Made by a program: the position numbers and the translations under genes. Source: a virus (lineage: Duplodnaviria > Caudoviricetes). Taken from it: 54,617 nt of DNA. Numbering within the stretch: position 1 is the first letter of the stretch; each line of letters begins with the position of its first letter. This document shows positions 43,601 through 48,550 of this stretch, piece after piece. The notes beneath the pieces were generated by a model, which saw only the letters and a program-made list of their open reading frames with translations, made no database searches and was not told the origin of the DNA. The DNA lies in the IMG/VR virus record IMGVR_UViG_3300033146_001808, positions 1 to 54,617 of that record; one strand, given 5' to 3'.

Positions 43601-45922
43601 ACAGATGATTCTGAAGCTGTAGAGAAATTGCAAGATGAAATAAATACGGTTCAAGATTCTATTGATATTCTAGCTAAATATAGTGGAATAGTAAAAGTTG
43701 TCGAGAACTATAAAGACAATAAAGAAGTTGTTGAATTATTACGTAAAGCTCATATTAATTCAGAAGTATTAAGAAGGCTTGGTAAAATAATGAAACTTCG
43801 TGGAGGTATTGATTCTGATCATAATGATTCATTAATGAGAACTAAAGATATTGAATTATCATTAGGAATGAAAATTGATGAATTTTTAAGTAGAGAAATT
43901 TCTGATGAAGATGGTTCAGAGATTACTACTATAGATACAGAGGATTCACATATCGACTTCTTTATTAATAATAGTAATGCTTTTATTAAATCAACTGCTG
44001 ATAGTAAAGAAGGTCTTATAGAATTAGAAAAAGATATTTTCAATGCTGCTAATATTTCTGAGATACTTAATAATAATGATTATTTATTTGAATTACTTAG
44101 CGCGGCAAATAATAGAATTGAAGCTGTAGAGAATGTTTTCTTTATAAATAAGCCAATGAATAATATGGTTGATTTATTAAGTGGAGCTCAATTAAGGGCT
44201 TCTCTTGAATACAAGGAACAATACAAAGCCAAAGATGGTTTCATGCAAGAAGTGTTGTTAGATTTCTTCTTTAAGCAGAATAATAATGGAGTAGACAATA
44301 TTTCACTTAATGTTCCTAATTTAGATATTGATGGTAATTATGTAGCTACTGATTTTGCTAATTACACTAATCTTGATATGGGTAATGCTACTCATAGGAG
44401 TAAATTCAAAAAACATTTCCCTGCTGTAGTAATGGGAATGGTAGAAGCTGTAGAAAATAATCCTGAACAGATTAAAAAGTACATGGATGCTATTGGTATT
44501 AATGTATCATTACAGGAAGCTAGAAATATTAAGAAGAGTAAATTCTTTGCTTTATTAGAGCGTAATGGTAATGATGGTTTTAAAAAGCTTAGTGTTAATC
44601 CTAGTGTTAATTATGATGAAGCGGCTACTGCAGAAGCACATCAAGAGTTTGCTAAATTACCAGATAATGTTAAATTTTTATTCGAAATGTATCATGTATT
44701 AGAATCTAAGATGGTATATAAGGATAAAGGATTTAGTAATATTGTAAGTAATGATTTATCTATTAAGATGGAAAAGGTTTTTAAAGATAAACATGATAAT
44801 CTTAATGCTATGTTTGATAGATATAATTCAAATGATTCTAATGACCCTCATACTATTGATGCTGTTCATTATTTAGGTGTTAATGCTAAGATTAGAAGAT
44901 TTGCTAGCAAGAAGAGAGGTGATTATCCTAAGTTTGTTACAGAGAATATTAGTAACAGTAGATACAATAAGATAAATAAACCTTTTATTGATACTGGAAT
45001 TAAAAATAGTGATGGTACTCGTAAAAATTTAAGTCATAATGTATCTCATTATATGGGAATTTATGATACTAGTACTACTATGAATACTGTAAAAGGGATT
45101 CAGATTGTAAAAATTGATGAAGCAAATGATATTAAGCTTGATATTATTAGAAACAAAAAAGATAGAGAGCATAATGATCATATCGTTATCAAGACAGTAA
45201 ATCCTCATCATTATAAAGCTGGTGTTTATTTAGATGATAGTGGTAGAGCAGTAGTTGTAAAACCACAAGGAATATTTGCTATTACAGTAACTCCTGCAAT
45301 ATTAACTGATGAACTTACTACTGAATTTGAATATCTTAAAAATGCTGAAAATCTTAAAGTATCAATTGATCTAGAGCTTAAGCCTTTTAATTATGGAAGA
45401 TCTAGTGATAAGGGATTAATAGTAGAAGACTTTATCCAGAGTGATAGGAATACAATGTATATACCATTTGAAAGGTATAATCATTTTAAAAATTCTAATA
45501 GCTTTGGAGTGATGCACAATGCTAAAGATGGTGTTACAAAGGATGATGAAGAAGCTGATAAAGCTTTACGTCCAGAGTTTTCTTATAAAGATGATAATGA
45601 TGAATTTTATCATATTAAGTTAACATTATTTGCCAATAAATCTTTTGATAATTTAAAAGCAGAAGTAGATGAAATTAATAATGTTGAAGATTTAATTACT
45701 TATTCAGGTCTTGATATAGAAACAGAAGATGGAGTTCCTGTATTTGGCAAAAATAAAAATCAATCTTATATTAAAACTTATACTGATTCTGATAGAAAGT
45801 ATTTAGAACCTAAGCGTTGGACCTTTGTAAAGGTTGAAAAGATCAAAAAAATAGGTAAAAAGGAATCTGTAGGAAATATCATTGTTAAGAAAGTTATAGA
45901 GAATAACTTATCTAATTGTTAA
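28697..45922 (+). CDS. Giant virion polyprotein: membrane-interacting region + SF1 helicase + PD-(D/E)xK nuclease + zincin peptidase + DNA-dependent RNA polymerase
   Basis: 5741 aa. Walker A GDAQTGKS (aa 1541), LIVDEA, VGDATQ, SIQG, LYTMAGRA; nuclease GTPDL..IYDLK..QISGY (aa ~2110-2160); HEMFH (aa 2851); RNAP NDGG, TRVP, GGDFDID (aa 4646). Confidence 0.9.
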   Translation: MSDEIKNSGNTPDGGETKKQKSPVHAGPPQQEGDPDFGFMALQQKGVTSGDMGNSSFVDKIYLEDRDKFVGKLIEGGADEEQANVFYDAKRNEYEGLKNGFYTNDDATDLNAMEYGQTSVGAFKKDLYNSYSQNTSMGAKGFKVANSYSYLDRSIFKYKDQKTGKMIEKPLSRYDASTDPSLVIDKGSDGMPFIRQLQAGENHYEFETYHTGFLWKDEHNVYGGNALEDATLGFISGFTTLPGRIIAGGGAVITSAIFGEPTDKDGTLQDVYDFWDDATNMADRLQYRPSDEVMEGGFTGSFGSFAYAMGNGVGEMAMQIVMATATMGGSLEVGLGTGALRALAKRTLIKEGMEVGAKKAIVEGLKYVGKKNLDDVGKAAIAAMDSALKKSAGTAVEQALSKAVMNKSLIGKAGNFMNNYGVIGGLQSSGAVFDGAMRNGLDKRSAAGLAIGAGAITYATEKMFSSGYLNSMMGAADLDKAASKFLIKEFGATSKEALETTITKMGKTALKGPNAVGRMTTNYTAKMIKKFADKNGIGYKAAKKILGKARKVRDLGDKTIGKVATTIDKMTTGINKAEQDWVKKNYLDGRMNVPNIIKGMFGEGTQEASEEVGNIGLNWAHDNLKMSFGGGTMEEYRKKKGYMGYLSFRDEVLSSATANNIFQNFIGGFAIGGFMAGVSKTQGNGYADADNALFDMAAQRGESEKLMKSFYGKWKNTNAKAYGSTDHDLSMKVLTHTDDNSPTVKVEEDFSSYGLEQGMELKTQADVNYYNILKQIKYSEKLYEETGFTPGYLDKFKGQESLFENGMQIFRDLDELKKSAVKTQAKLKDEKITPEQKEQLEKELAQYGEAEKVMQERFDYLMKPQANGFSKAYDDTYKNSLALMELANDEAFSNMKANYENEGKKFPDKLGKKELEEFHKLRDKSLGENLQKSFYHDMINSIRSVNEFTDSRIERAKKLLEDSNINDEQKSELDGIIEDFGATSNDYKKSMADIDSNLKIEAGKLNSMKAEDGPFDSSAITALLDSRVKQQTNMTTKLTSQLSSLGKFAGLASSNKEISSIMDDFTNEAENIFSSIRDDNKFMTKDVVNEEFGITEKKSLPIKNTFARVVGLNAQDENGEMVNVGNASIEELSQQLRISGTNVIDVFNAGRIASDENFKEATRIAKQSETEEGRIALLNETYELVYKSHLDSLEASKENDYNENLISLIQETEGVLKDLELAKKSLLVRNRVFYDMTLDTDKEIHRDPKVDVPLDDKSYNEILEKVNQAEIDIKGHLENMKNAAGIRDSYFAIERHTTTIQNKHSLSIIVDDESLKDKEWAKDIAEKLDKIELPHVDMDAYGTGLSSEEQIKIDKAEKEIMGLMQIIHDNRNDIKSKAVLSSILKNSVLDANAITKFGEPSGKNYLKGAVILGKRKIDIMKPLVSESSDVNSFTCVTKNPFINQLNYVHFVNFLVTNLSDVNPKDIASIRYTVNEMFSDNDKIAFSSTEQLMQENAALAFLNGGDAIFNDIMKIEDEAHKDVGVDIRPSFNNKPGFMFLTGDAQTGKSVQMTPQIVLFNSILNKGTDGEQQNYMFVGLNEEVVSHFKDEIEQIHLVQEKLGLQKSGMQAMKHNDLITNVSKDDVKNTVLIVDEATILSNSDINKIANITGDSRKVMFVGDATQMPDFLSTDATGFSDASSIGFLTVPTQRKFASKNPVLTNLMDSIIGSLNGNGYNKFAPAWNEIDSKTGLRSGTEYKSTTDDIFKSFKERIDAAKDDIDPSDVGLLFLSEKHYEDYKASNPDVENYEKYVAVLGHDKTVKDKKFESIQGGRRGEIYIMFDGDMRNFQAYAKKNILYPQKLAKSALYTMAGRASSFISMVSDESNIAVKRPANFNSDPEILEGIKNKNEIQQYLKDIMNAEKVKDLKEQKINDDGEVDDDSDSPLKETVERRAVINKIDDIRIKTKDLKSIDKADGSGEENYYEGKLNGKTVKVLRTTSVVSKYGIDFQSVIDFNNGKDTSKPSLAFYSKLGRSVDLIFRTIMDSNNRNVEFEEVVKVLSDADLYTHDFGGNKIDLYGKNPDQVIQDIMKYLLEIKTEIEAKGEYLIPLDTKLATTDIDIKDFDGVSGTPDLMTVDEKGVVRIYDLKNKKDDNDLSKGSQYNHEGASDIIHYTNQISGYKELLKSMDDELNISNEMGLIIHRYKGDPPNSKSNNGMRKSVKVEIIPLTYKQTNIGQAIEDFNNRKINNQSILSYPDTTSINGQEITIGEIYSDNNNIVKVDKIIVDEDGNVSISISGKVFGGEEFLNKYSLFTPTHSPVIVSSHKGKSITGEPAAVYSASIFAEHNGALYSTPVSIVVGKSDFIKFNGLKIYDSKNKTESKALSIDAIKEKIIKIKEKLANSDAKRKLVYKETQKSADNKNDYKGVFVTEVEGDLSDYLASNLERADTDFIDSMIKIDRDLTNEIFTHISTFGLPNSFDKKQNKWVSFDPFLMTDKEFNDSLTAIKESVDNSVTSEDLDNLIAYNFELWNMHKVARASKANAVNGRIDFGTIKLATNLDSHIIQRKGNRLISMKEFSENIDDTDFSVDSNTQLEFKKVTGTDDEHVLVLELFKNGAPSGESISVVTPFVGGKNQRFKRLLVDELEMYENGDNESHPFKTFAHNLVLNNRTNFKELIKNDKTAPKEFKNIIFDDENNKVVYHGNVASKLREETENNTLIALIKYLKEDKVISKMYVPKNYVNIDDLKTNIVGINAIPSYVKPTNSEFIHADIKSTIESLDNPKPPVNSGSQNGSRSGGRRSAINRFGKIESQTEAEARVVVSKILGEEYADKWLGFERSLKYDEVEVFGLMANGRIKLSINKGKVNKLTARHEMFHVVDDYILNDNTKKLIYQEVRDNVPALKNSSIDDIKEFLADWYSVHGQAQQEGLIDSEYIEKYGALLNMIQDNYNIFSGKIAQLFNDIEEGKFQKPVSDLLGNAIIDNNNIRLSKKGTHKKKRREWKNNKNHNQNTNTIGSQLSDEDIAKLKERQERKVRIEDQVKVQTRVELEEDAKVVLDRLFGKNARLLQKATQEVIAIFGSETNLNGKDRTINDLIQNLTNDTLGVGFNSRFIFNESYNREIVLDKINDAGENIVKHTLDIKSSDFPFIKDDDDFAAVLVMQISNSIPLANAFLQRVFPHYNMKSKTIAGFTSLQYTNKESVPGSAVQDMANFAYANIPFVNRDENGPYLSITNLPATEAKNILREAAKIASGFSNSNTTYFEDIEEALYSMKPNDGSAKDIALDSILRKLVVGYDNLRGNSGNLNTWLGSYNEVLNTDNFGEIKPSQHEFNALADAMFSDLVSYVDSPKIRAKFTDNGEHYIMLDNSTASNDKHILKDNIASNLYANDSLKEVVINTTSKESALNSDKLKYRFETDGLYQEQTLLLNDIGNGYSFAKVDSGVIRTLTKIVGLSNLRTDVFERLANNNGKVSKVKGFKNDGISIDPNMTISELIATTFGNFYEVVQLQSRVERELLAFADEQTKNNEELSAILADSDPSKLPTHQLAQYEAYYDGRNEIIKNVYESTSSNLKEFNSSINLKVGNQNIDTVAQIVDINNGVNPNEARYPKITDYFNHIDMLAKLNNNDLVAYSSRTQYIANKAFYSLTKSNRIEAVSINDTNTMAGIDKVGKHELVNTHRSKILNKKYNALKKAERVKSSVFNENGTTNIPFISTNKDKALFGFEGVVLVPGIENEYTAVDSMNPHDYMQLTMGLFLNKLNDTGGKDIYLPLGHSSRTYFAKSKFHKADSPFTVKIEGDKLVDFQIDKNKFVPILKKNFNYSNKLAENSRNRWREYLKDSPVFDKEVNDLINSDIPVSSSKYDILKKKSRIITTLGESHSENELLDMPGMKRIRNSGLIENSDYYIASKTNEDTGAISYFLEFGNEINFETFKSNKDVEERDGINENSLIYTRSNYRLLFKNRNGRVSEETFDLIMQEEMKHNKELSNLLDKDSYGIDDFYKNWLKKNHPNSSQTSKLSAKTVKKDKDGKVVSTKYHYNPVYQGLALANSILMPSIHRSIAGNETGFKHFGDFTKRYDPNKTPTSGIMKTKDGLGSKFNVIIMNDTTLGVIQYNMSGTVDKNDGGAIMFVGFEQLMRKSYGGKYSSFDKTAYKPLITGGDAMTGINTQMKFSADAYSPSILKNNEKLREQQEQLFEQWIKAFEKEIDSDRLQGKVKELYNDLKTRYPNDIHTRSERFIETFTNKKRRHLRFGGEDLTTTQIRDINGLLDLMRESVIMGAVPTTSVKTGAYNITAHKFGKERGEDFNNIKPIVVDSDRFGLVNNYDQDVSENATVAAPNQALSHIGVGNPEIALAVNQAMSGLLNEGINDLYNEIGVDRNPKNWKSSDIDKFKNWIRKIGLENAEANQGGAGIVEILSTNGSLETLQIARKLEQYFVSNLNKHVQPRFKGTRLIQGDGSEFTMYDEKDANGNVIGTLTEQDLEKHLKKNPDLIYEKRLTDPFAFMQHDADGNFTPAEVGTQFLYAKTFGIKEGEQPRDGYILTMHNGAMLDYHSVTSKGDNIEANVKDGFQVGMKIKISDTPFLRVSDLVKEGFGVDDGYVILTDDNIDDYAEDFAAYLENYHESLEIALTRVPYDTVALGFVARITQFTWGNGSTIYINPKDNLRTGGDFDIDQLSSYHNEYEHYSIKPKFNNKVETSQSAAHKNTVVDSIKNYYKNPENVGAIYQSTGVEDIRQGIKKGKKMFYEKYHKKPKSADNLRIHSIGGVIGMEELANEGASAVSIFALSASSFGVINQLGDVDYISDSFINMNKDEMLFKSQLIGGFLQASLDNKKELILGEFNVPASADGLLLGLATMGHDYDEIYTIVNSYAAQEMFKQLRDATKLGQKTKSIPELIVELSNYVNSVNPESIKDIDRFMSDSINGLKIPDAYKNSKQPIEDAYDVLSNENSTVEEKSKAADALSRVARSIFGQKIKNTKKLAALNKKKELLNTDDSEAVEKLQDEINTVQDSIDILAKYSGIVKVVENYKDNKEVVELLRKAHINSEVLRRLGKIMKLRGGIDSDHNDSLMRTKDIELSLGMKIDEFLSREISDEDGSEITTIDTEDSHIDFFINNSNAFIKSTADSKEGLIELEKDIFNAANISEILNNNDYLFELLSAANNRIEAVENVFFINKPMNNMVDLLSGAQLRASLEYKEQYKAKDGFMQEVLLDFFFKQNNNGVDNISLNVPNLDIDGNYVATDFANYTNLDMGNATHRSKFKKHFPAVVMGMVEAVENNPEQIKKYMDAIGINVSLQEARNIKKSKFFALLERNGNDGFKKLSVNPSVNYDEAATAEAHQEFAKLPDNVKFLFEMYHVLESKMVYKDKGFSNIVSNDLSIKMEKVFKDKHDNLNAMFDRYNSNDSNDPHTIDAVHYLGVNAKIRRFASKKRGDYPKFVTENISNSRYNKINKPFIDTGIKNSDGTRKNLSHNVSHYMGIYDTSTTMNTVKGIQIVKIDEANDIKLDIIRNKKDREHNDHIVIKTVNPHHYKAGVYLDDSGRAVVVKPQGIFAITVTPAILTDELTTEFEYLKNAENLKVSIDLELKPFNYGRSSDKGLIVEDFIQSDRNTMYIPFERYNHFKNSNSFGVMHNAKDGVTKDDEEADKALRPEFSYKDDNDEFYHIKLTLFANKSFDNLKAEVDEINNVEDLITYSGLDIETEDGVPVFGKNKNQSYIKTYTDSDRKYLEPKRWTFVKVEKIKKIGKKESVGNIIVKKVIENNLSNC

Positions 45923-45927
45923 AATAG

Positions 45928-45935
45928 TATCTTTG
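45928..45935 (+). promoter_or_regulatory. Candidate Bacteroidota -7 promoter element (TATCTTTG)
   Basis: Exact TAnnTTTG match in the 17-bp gap, 4 nt before ATG 45940; no -33 element seen. Confidence 0.35.
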
Positions 45936-45939
45936 TGTT

Positions 45940-46515
45940 ATGGCTATATGTGTAAATTATAAACAACCAGAAGTGAGGGCAGCGTTAGAAGATGCTGTTC
46001 TCACTCTTGTTGAGCATGCTCCCTTAGAAATGGTAGAGCGTATTTCAAAAAACGTTATTGAGAAGAATAATGGTAATCATTTGAGTTTAAATCCAAATGG
46101 AAAGCCTTCAGAAGTTTTTGCTCAATTAATGAAAATGTATTCTAAAGCAGAAGCTTATGCTTATCGTTCTGCTATGTATAATGATTCATTCATTAATAAA
46201 ACTAATTGGGTAGAAACAGGTGTAGAGCCTAAAATAAAGCAAGTGTTAGGGAATAAGCATGTAAATAGAAATGGTAATCAATCCTTAATGTATAAAGATG
46301 GTGATATATCATCTATAGAGCTTGATAAAGGCATTTTAGCCAAGGAAGATGATGATATGAAGAAATGTATCGGAATGGCAAAGAATGGTGCTAGAAGCAA
46401 GGTTAAGCGTGGAGGTATGTGGAGTGTTCAGAAAGATTTAAAAGGTATGCCTAGTCATAAAGAAGGAGGTGTTCAGTTATCATTTAGTAATGGAGTAGTA
46501 ATTAATTCAAAATAA
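45940..46515 (+). CDS. Small cargo-module protein with PNGxxS motif
   Basis: 191 aa; LNPNGKPSEVF shared with the N-terminus of 48551..53356; C-terminal GMPSHKEGGV. Confidence 0.7.
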   Translation: MAICVNYKQPEVRAALEDAVLTLVEHAPLEMVERISKNVIEKNNGNHLSLNPNGKPSEVFAQLMKMYSKAEAYAYRSAMYNDSFINKTNWVETGVEPKIKQVLGNKHVNRNGNQSLMYKDGDISSIELDKGILAKEDDDMKKCIGMAKNGARSKVKRGGMWSVQKDLKGMPSHKEGGVQLSFSNGVVINSK

Positions 46516-46519
46516 CGTT

Positions 46520-48541
46520 ATGGTTAAAAATATAGAAGCAGAAGGAAATGAGTTAGTACTAACAAATAATAATGGTAGTACAGCTATAATTCCTAAGAAC
46601 AAAAGGGCTGAAGTTCTAAAGCATTTAAAAGCCAATGATCACTCTAAATTAGATGATTTAATAAGTAATTTACCTAGAATGATGGATTATGCAGAAGATG
46701 GAAGTTACTTTCCTTATAAGGGGCCTAAAGGAGAAGTGAAGGCTAAAAAGAATGATATGGGTGGTGGAGTTGTTACCAATCAAGAACAATTTGATAAAAC
46801 ATTTGCTAATATAGATTTACAAAGTAATAATAGTATTCAGTTGAATGATATTAAAATGAATTATACATTAGAAAAAGATAATACTAATGTTAAAAATACA
46901 ATAAATCCATTAGAGAAAGTTGATATTGGTGAAGAACAAAATATTTTACCTGAAATGCCTACTAGTATATTAAGTCAAGAAGATTTATATAAAAAACCTG
47001 ATATGAGTAATTTTGATTTAAGTGGATTGGAGGATGTTAAATCAGTTGATAAAAAATTTAATGAATTAAAAAGTCAATATAAAAAAGAGAACCTTAATTT
47101 TGTTAAATCTAAAGATTATAAATCAAAAATTGATATATCTACATTAAAAAGTAAAGCTGATATAATGAAAGTTCAAGAATTACTTAAAATAGATTATGAT
47201 TTAGGTAAGTATGGAAAGAATAAAGATGGTGTTGATGGCTATTTGGGTAAAATGACTAAACACGCGATTGAAGAATATAATAAAAGCTTATCCAACAAGG
47301 TAGAACGATTCACTATTATTAAGGGCAACAATGTCGAATGTAAAGAAGATCAATGTGCGGCTTTTGTTCAAGGCGAACTTCATAGAGCTATCAATAGTGA
47401 TGTTAGTATTGATGATTTTATAAACAAATTAGGGATTAAAGGAGATGCTTGGAATATTTCTAAGAATATTATAAAGAATGGTGGAGAACTTATTTTCAAT
47501 GCTAAAGACAATGTTGATAGAAGTGGAATAAAAAGACAAAAAGGAGATGTTGTCTCGATGTATACTGGAGGTAGAAGTAATTACCAAGACCAAGCGAATG
47601 AGAAAGGTGATGGTAATACTCATACTGGATTTATATCTAAAGTTTATGATGATGGTTCATATGATGTACAACATAATGTACATTCAGTTAAAGGGCTTGG
47701 TATTGATGGAGTAAAGTATACAGGTCATAAATATACAAATCATGTTACAGCTAAAGGTATAATGGAAGGTAAATATGCAGGATTTGTAATAAATAAAATC
47801 ACTAGACCTAAATATGAAAATATTGATATTAAAGATGTTTCTATAAATAAAGAAAATGTAATAGTTGATAATGGAAATAGAAAAGCTAGTAGCTCAGTAG
47901 TATCGTATTTTAATGATAATAAAGAACAACTTGCTAAATCATTAAAAACTACTGAAGAAGAAACAATGATGTTTGCTACTGCTGCATTAGGTATTATAGA
48001 GCAAGAAAGTAAATTTGGAGAATCAGATAAATTTATAGCTGGTAGAGAAACTTATGAAACCACTGTAACGATGGCTAAAGGTTTAAAAGCTGCTTTTACA
48101 GAAAAAGAATACGGTAAAGATATTGAAGCTTCTCAAAGTTTAGCAAGAGTTAAAATAGATATGAATTTTGATAAATTTAATAAACAAGATATAAAAAATT
48201 TAATTGGAGATGATATTGATAATGATAATGGAGCATTAGTAATGACAATGAAAATACTTCATACTAATTACAAAAAAGCTTTAAGAAAAGGCTATTCAGA
48301 AAAAGAAGCTTTATATAGAGCAATAGCAGCTCATAATAGTCCTAGAAAAGCTTTTGATAATAAGAAAGGTTCTTATGCTTCTAGATATGATATTGATTAT
48401 GCAAATAAAGTTTTATTAAATGCAACGAGCTTTAAAATTAAAAATAGAGAAAATGAAATGAATACTAAAATTGATGAAATTTTAAATGATGATAAAATTC
48501 TATCTAATATTTCGAAAATAAAATCTGTATATAACAATTAA
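46520..48541 (+). CDS. Putative virion-associated peptidoglycan hydrolase (PG-binding + CHAP/NlpC-P60 + lysozyme-like domains)
   Basis: VQELL..GVDGYLGKMTKHAI (PG-binding); QCAAFV..GDAW..GDVV..HTGFI (Cys/His); GIIEQESKFG..AIAAHN..YANKVL (SLT-like). Confidence 0.8.
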   Translation: MVKNIEAEGNELVLTNNNGSTAIIPKNKRAEVLKHLKANDHSKLDDLISNLPRMMDYAEDGSYFPYKGPKGEVKAKKNDMGGGVVTNQEQFDKTFANIDLQSNNSIQLNDIKMNYTLEKDNTNVKNTINPLEKVDIGEEQNILPEMPTSILSQEDLYKKPDMSNFDLSGLEDVKSVDKKFNELKSQYKKENLNFVKSKDYKSKIDISTLKSKADIMKVQELLKIDYDLGKYGKNKDGVDGYLGKMTKHAIEEYNKSLSNKVERFTIIKGNNVECKEDQCAAFVQGELHRAINSDVSIDDFINKLGIKGDAWNISKNIIKNGGELIFNAKDNVDRSGIKRQKGDVVSMYTGGRSNYQDQANEKGDGNTHTGFISKVYDDGSYDVQHNVHSVKGLGIDGVKYTGHKYTNHVTAKGIMEGKYAGFVINKITRPKYENIDIKDVSINKENVIVDNGNRKASSSVVSYFNDNKEQLAKSLKTTEEETMMFATAALGIIEQESKFGESDKFIAGRETYETTVTMAKGLKAAFTEKEYGKDIEASQSLARVKIDMNFDKFNKQDIKNLIGDDIDNDNGALVMTMKILHTNYKKALRKGYSEKEALYRAIAAHNSPRKAFDNKKGSYASRYDIDYANKVLLNATSFKIKNRENEMNTKIDEILNDDKILSNISKIKSVYNN

Positions 48542-48550
48542 ACAATAATT

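Noticed and set aside
6820-45922. Inteins or group I introns in TerL, MCP or RNAP, which occur in some crAss-like phages
   Set aside because: ORFs are uninterrupted and I saw no convincing intein termini or homing endonuclease motifs; a divergent mini-intein cannot be excluded by eye.
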